A stretch of DNA of 63,375 bases, counting the filler, from Craspedostauros australis (Eukaryota), in assembly GCA_030167865.1 (NCBI GenBank). It is 5 parts of 5 records of this genome, joined end to end, with 100 filler letters (N's around TTAATTAATTAA, not from the genome) between each part and the next. Parts side by side here need not be neighbours in the genome. Positions count along the whole stretch, not along the records: positions 50,290 to 63,375 come from JALAGF010005844.1; 4 more parts are not named here. One strand, 5' to 3'. The first letter of the stretch is position 1, and each line of letters opens with the position of its first letter. The notes below the pieces were generated by a model, which saw nothing but the letters and a program-made list of their open reading frames with translations, made no database searches and had not been told where the DNA came from. Made by a program: the position numbers and the translations under genes. Shown here one piece after another: positions 58,217 to 63,375 of this stretch.

Positions 58217-60421
58217 ATGTCAGCTTGGGGCAAGGGCGGAACCGCTCGCTCCTGCGATGCGTTGCTGCGCAAGGTGGAGCAGGATGACCCTCGATTGCAG
58301 GAGTTGGTGATTCTGTCGAGCAAGACGTTCAGCGCCACCGATGTGGAGCGTCTCTGCAAGGTGATTGGTGCGTCAGCGTGCTGCTCACGTCTGTTGCTCT
58401 GTCGACTGTTCTGCTGTGTGAGCTGTTTTGTTGATCTGATGATTTGTTCCATGAGGATTGTTGTCGCGTGCTACAATGGGATATCGTCTCCATTCTCCAC
58501 AATCCGCTCCAATCGAGGGCGCTTGTTTTTTATTTTGCAACATCAGCAACACCTGCAACAAAACCAATCTCATCATCTCTTCTCTATTGCCCTGATCCAT
58601 CATCTTTTTTGCCGAACCTTACTCGTGCACATTTCCCTTTTGGCGCACGTCGCTTGCGTGTCGGTCATTGCGCTGTTCTTGGCTACATCCCGCATACGAT
58701 GCTGCATGAAATCTTCCGTACTCTCCCGCAACCTGCGTCTGTGACGATACGTAGAAAACGGGACAAACGCGCATCTCATCAGCCTCAGCGCATCTGGCCA
58801 TACCATCTCGCCTCCAATGCTGCAGCGCCTTGGAACCGCTCTATCCCGGGGGAAGTCCAAGATCACATCACTGGCGATTGGCGACAAGGACATGGGCGAT
58901 GATGGCGTCTGCGCGCTGTGTGATGGCCTTGCTGGAAATTGCGGGGAGAGTGCATGTGACGACGGCAAGCATACCTTGGAGAACGTGGATCTGAGTTGGA
59001 AAGGATTGTGAGTGCTTCTGCGGTAATGTCATTGGGAACGGTAGAGCAAGTCTGCGCTGAGTCCGTTCCTGCGTCGTTGCGCCGGCTCTACGTCATGGCA
59101 GACGATGTCACAATGTGGTTCGGTGTGATACGCTGCATTGTGCTACCATTGGAAGTGTGACGCCATCGGTTGACTATTTTGACAATTGCCAATGTGCCGC
59201 ATATACCATTGCTGACGAAGCATTTCAACTGCGGAACTGTCGATGTGCGGTTCGCAACTGCCACCGCCGCGTTCCATCTTTCACAACGTATCACTCCATC
59301 CCGCATCAACGCCCAGCGGCGCAAAGGGCATGCAACGCATCATTGCGACATTGGGCAAAAGCAGCAGCCTGAAAGCACTCAACCTTTCCAGGAATGAAGG
59401 GATCGGTGCCAGAGGTTCCTTTGCTTCGATCGCAGATGTCCATGCCGTTGGTTGCTTTGGCAATTTGCAGGAACTAGATTTGTCGGAATGCAATTTGAAT
59501 GTCAAATCATGCGCCGGTCTCGCATCCATCATGCAGTCACAGCCATCGTCATCATCGTCGTTGTCGCAGCGATCGCTCAAGCTGCGGCTGGACAACAACC
59601 CCTCGATACAGAGCGACGGCATGGATAGCATCGCGTCGTTGATTCCGACTTCCTCAATCACCGAGCTTCATCTGGAGAATTGCCAAATCGGAGATGAAGG
59701 GCTGCGATCGCTGGCGGATCGCTGCTTCGCCGACGCATCCGCAAAATGCATCTCCAGCTTGCGGGTGCTGCATGTCGGCAGCAACAACATCACTTCGGCT
59801 GGACTGGAATCGTTCATCGACAAGCTGGAGACCATCGCGGGGCATTGCCATCAGCTCGATGATCTCATTCTGTCCAACAACGCTTTCGACGAGCAGAGTG
59901 TGCAGCGTCTTGCGACAACACTGAACAAGCTGCGGGGCGAAGACAGATTGAAGCTTTCCAAGTTGGATCTGACCGGCACGCAGTGCGGTGTCACCGGCGC
60001 ACGTGACATGATTGAGCACGGCCAGCTGCGGGAGCTCGTGCTGTTCAATAATCAGCTCGGATCGGACGGGTTGGCACAGCTCGCGCCGATGCTGCGTGGC
60101 GGCCATCGCACGTTGGAAGTGTTGGACGTTGGTGGGAATGATGCGGATGAGAGTGGGGTCGTGAGATTGTTGGAGGGCATGATGCAGGATGCCGACGAAG
60201 CCTTCGAGTCGAAGCTGCGATTACTGGTCGTCGGTGGTAACAAGAGCGGTTTGGACGTGGAAGATGCTGCGAAACGATTGAAGGCCAAGCTACCGGGCAT
60301 CGACGTCGCACGTGACAAGCCGAAGAAGGATGGAGACGAGGGTGGCGGTGGCCGCGGCGGTGCTGGTGGTGGCATGCAATTTCCTCCAGGTTTTACTCAG
60401 CAAAGGATGATGAGCGAATGA
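58217..60421 (+). CDS. RNI-like leucine-rich-repeat protein; exons 58217-58367, 58755-59007, 59317-60421 (about 502 aa)
   Basis: GT-AG introns 58368-58754 and 59008-59316 join in phase. LRR units LKALNLSRNEGIG, LQELDLSECNL, ITELHLENCQIGDEG, LRVLHVGSNNIT and LRELVLFNNQLGSDG. Confidence 0.85.
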
Positions 60422-61881
60422 GAGGATGAGTGAATGGGTGAGAATGGTTTGGTGGAACCGACAACACACACTTGTAATGTGCTCCAAAGTGCACTTGTTG
60501 ATAAACCACCGGCAACGCCGAATGGTGCCCCGCTGTATCTACTCTACTTGCACTCTGTCCAGTATCATGTTGCTATCCTAGGTGTACTCTCTGCAACCAG
60601 CAGAGCAAGTCGTCGCGTTCTTTCAATGCGACAGTCTATGCTCACGAGGACAGAGGAAAGGTGGGTGATGGTGAATCGTGCCTGACTCAGGGACGCCCAA
60701 TAACTTGTCCAGATTTGTCCTGGGTTGTCTGGGATTGTTCGGCTTCGTGTTTCTTGTCCGTTAAAGAAAATCGGGTCTCGGACTAGTGTCCGAATTTGTC
60801 ATTAACTCAAAGCAAATTTGACGAATTTGATTTCAGCTCCTTTCTTGTCTTTGGTCATGTCGCGCAATATTATTGTTGTATCTTAACCAGAAATGTGGAC
60901 AAATTGTTGGATGTTCCAGGTCGTCTGTTGCCAGCCCTCCGGGAGCGATCGCAGGTCTCGTCACTCAACCGGGTCACAAGTGGATTTGTGAGTCCACTTC
61001 CGAGAACACTGCACAGCAATTTCCTGACAGATATCATGATACGTTGTGTCTTAACCTTAGATCGGTTGTGGTGAACCCCAACTTTCTGGTGAGTGTTCGA
61101 GGCGGCCCTAGAGAAAGAAAGACGCACTCTGCGACGTCCACGCTTCTTTCTTGTGGGATGAAGAAGTGATTTTGGCGAATGGTGTGTGGAAGTATCAAAA
61201 GAATGCTCCTGTAGCATACTACTACTAATGCAATCACACACGCACAAAACGAAGATCAGCATCGTTCCTTCTCGTCCCCCCAGTTTCTCTGTCCCTGTTT
61301 GTGCAACCAGTTTCGGCGATGACAACTAGGCAGGTGCGAACGTGATTCCTGTATGCGCCGCGCCGATCATCGCAACAGTGTGGCTCGTCAACCGGCGAAA
61401 CCAAACAGTCAGCACAGAGAGAAAGAATTTCTGGTTTGTTCTGTTGTGGCACGATGCGGCGCTCACTGAACGTGGATCTCATTTGCGCACCAACAAGTGT
61501 TGTACGACTATGACAAAAATGCACACAACGGGTTTGGTGTCGACTTGAAGCGGTTTGGCGTCAGCCACTGATGCGAGAATAGGAGTTTGGTTCTGACTGA
61601 TACGCAAAAGCGTTGGTTGCGCAATTTTCGAATCACAACTTCTGACAACAAAACAGATTGCTCGGTTGCTAATCCTGCTTCTTCCTTTCTTGGCTGCAAT
61701 CAAGGCCATACCAGCAGGGACGATACATTGAACACTCCAAACACTCGTTCATTTGTGGAATACTCTGTTCCACTCAACTCGACTCTCATTGCACCAGCAC
61801 AATCTATTATCATTATATATACTATTCTATTATAATAGAGTATAATATTATATTCCCACAACACAAACCAAGGCTCCATCC

Positions 61882-63375
61882 ATGCCAATATCCAACAACC
61901 CAACTGATCCGCCAATACTCGCAACCAAGACGCATCAAGTGCAACACAGCACCAACAATAGCACCAACAGTAGCACCAACAGTAGCACCAACAGTAGCAC
62001 CAACAGTAGCATCAACAGTAGCAACGGCAGAAGCAGAAGCAGTCACAGCAGCAACATGGACGAAGATCGTTCCGAGTCCACCGAGCGTGTCAACATTGAC
62101 GCTGCGGAGACAACAGACGCCGGCCAAAGAATCAACAACAGCGACAACAACAGCGACAACAATAGCAGCAACAGTACGACTATGGATAGCAACAACAATC
62201 GCACCTTCCTGCAAAAGTACGCCAGAACGGTGCAACATCTAAGTCACAAGATCAACCGCAGCCTGCTGGTCCCACTCGTTCGCATCTCGGCTGCCAACCC
62301 CTGGCGCTGCATCTGGCTGACCATCCTCATCAGCCTGTGCACGCCCATCATCGGCTTCGTGTCGGGATCCCTCTTCATCGAGAGCGACAACACGGTCCTG
62401 TGGGCACCGCTCAGCAGCGCGGCCGTCCGTCACAGGGATTGGATCGAGGGCGACTCCGGCTTTGATGAGGACGAAATCCGTCTGCTGTCCTTCATCGTCC
62501 ATCGCAACGACGTCGACATCCTGCATCAGGACGGCATAAGTCACGTCTTTGAGGCGCTCGAAACGCTGCGCGCGTCGCCGGCCTACCACAAGGTCTGCCT
62601 CGAGATTCCCAAGCAATACGGCTTCACATCCAAGATCAAGTTCAACAAGACCAGCCCCGACGAATGCGAGATCATGGGCGTCACGGAGTTCTGGTACGAC
62701 AGCCAGCTTCACGCCTTTGACGAGTTCGTGGATCAGTACGACGCCAGCGAGATCGATGGTCAGATCGCGTTACGCATCTCAGACGACACGCTGGTGGATG
62801 GTCAGCCGGCACCCAGAGAACGAATCTACTCTCCCACGACCAAATTCGAGGACGTACCCGTCCTGCAATCGATGGTGGCCTACAAGATGGAGGTCTACAT
62901 TCCCAGTCCGGACAATCGCAACGATTATGGTGATTACGAGACCGAAATGACGCAGGCCGTGCTCCTTCTCAATCAGCGGTGGGAGGAGGAAGCCGGTGGC
63001 GACGAGCCGTACCGCGTCGAAGTCTTGGCGATGTCCAGCATCAGCAGGGAGACCGCCAAGGCCGTCATCGCGGATCTGCCGCTGGCCGTTGCCACCTTCC
63101 TCATCATGGGCATCTTCTCAGCCTTGGTCTTCACCACCTTCTCCAAGGACGCCAACGGCAATCGCTTCGTCCATTCCAGCGCGATCCTCGGAGCCGGCGC
63201 CATGGTCACCATCATGCTCAGTCTCTTCTTCGGTTACGGCGTCTGTATCCTCGGCAAGGTCCCCTTCACGATTCTGAATCAGATCCTGCCGTTCATCATC
63301 TTTGGTATCGGCCTCGACGATTCCTTCATCATCTGGGGATCGTACGGCCGCATCCGCGATCAGTCGCTGCCCATC
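61882..63375 (+). CDS. Patched/NPC1-like sterol-sensing-domain (RND) membrane protein, 3' end outside the window
   Basis: Open frame from ATG 61882 (or 62056) to the window end, absent from the ORF track because it has no stop. First TM NPWRCIWLTILISL, luminal LW.P..S, and SSD motif ILPFIIFGIGLDDSFII. N-terminal 12-bp (STNS) repeat at about 61948-62020. An upstream exon is possible. Confidence 0.85.
   Translation, partial: MPISNNPTDPPILATKTHQVQHSTNNSTNSSTNSSTNSSTNSSINSSNGRSRSSHSSNMDEDRSESTERVNIDAAETTDAGQRINNSDNNSDNNSSNSTTMDSNNNRTFLQKYARTVQHLSHKINRSLLVPLVRISAANPWRCIWLTILISLCTPIIGFVSGSLFIESDNTVLWAPLSSAAVRHRDWIEGDSGFDEDEIRLLSFIVHRNDVDILHQDGISHVFEALETLRASPAYHKVCLEIPKQYGFTSKIKFNKTSPDECEIMGVTEFWYDSQLHAFDEFVDQYDASEIDGQIALRISDDTLVDGQPAPRERIYSPTTKFEDVPVLQSMVAYKMEVYIPSPDNRNDYGDYETEMTQAVLLLNQRWEEEAGGDEPYRVEVLAMSSISRETAKAVIADLPLAVATFLIMGIFSALVFTTFSKDANGNRFVHSSAILGAGAMVTIMLSLFFGYGVCILGKVPFTILNQILPFIIFGIGLDDSFIIWGSYGRIRDQSLPI

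Noticed and set aside
1..63375. tRNA/rRNA genes or a prokaryotic defence operon
   Set aside because: No RNA gene recognised by eye (tRNAscan-SE/Infernal not run); introns and LTR elements show eukaryotic DNA.

Overview
Eukaryotic nuclear DNA, most consistent with a pennate diatom: short GT-AG introns, a bipartite plastid-targeting presequence and diatom-type Copia gag/pol. The assembly has many N gaps and four artificial N-TTAATTAATTAA-N contig linkers, so adjacency across about 30040, 46025, 48365 and 50240 is not established. The left part (1-28400) holds a tail-to-tail pair of paralogous STAND/AAA_16 ATPases, a two-exon M6-like metalloprotease with a broken HExxH motif and mucin-like stalk, a plastid-targeted in-frame fusion of a small-multidrug-export-family (PF06695/COG2426) membrane domain to ferredoxin-NADP+ reductase, an ankyrin protein and a TPR-like protein. 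The middle (30000-46000) holds a vWA/alpha-kinase gene inside a nest of Copia LTRs (two solo LTRs with 6-bp TSDs), decayed pol, gag fragments and a probable LINE ORF1. The right part holds an ornithine decarboxylase-like gene, an orphan two-exon gene, two ankyrin genes each followed by a dead BTB domain, a three-exon LRR gene and a partial Patched/NPC1-like gene. Best leads: the membrane-domain-FNR fusion, an apparent TpA->CpA/TpG ('inverse-RIP') mutation signature in decayed repeats, and a Copia family with 6-bp TSDs and a palindrome in place of a tRNA PBS. All family calls are from motif recognition by eye; no database searches were run.
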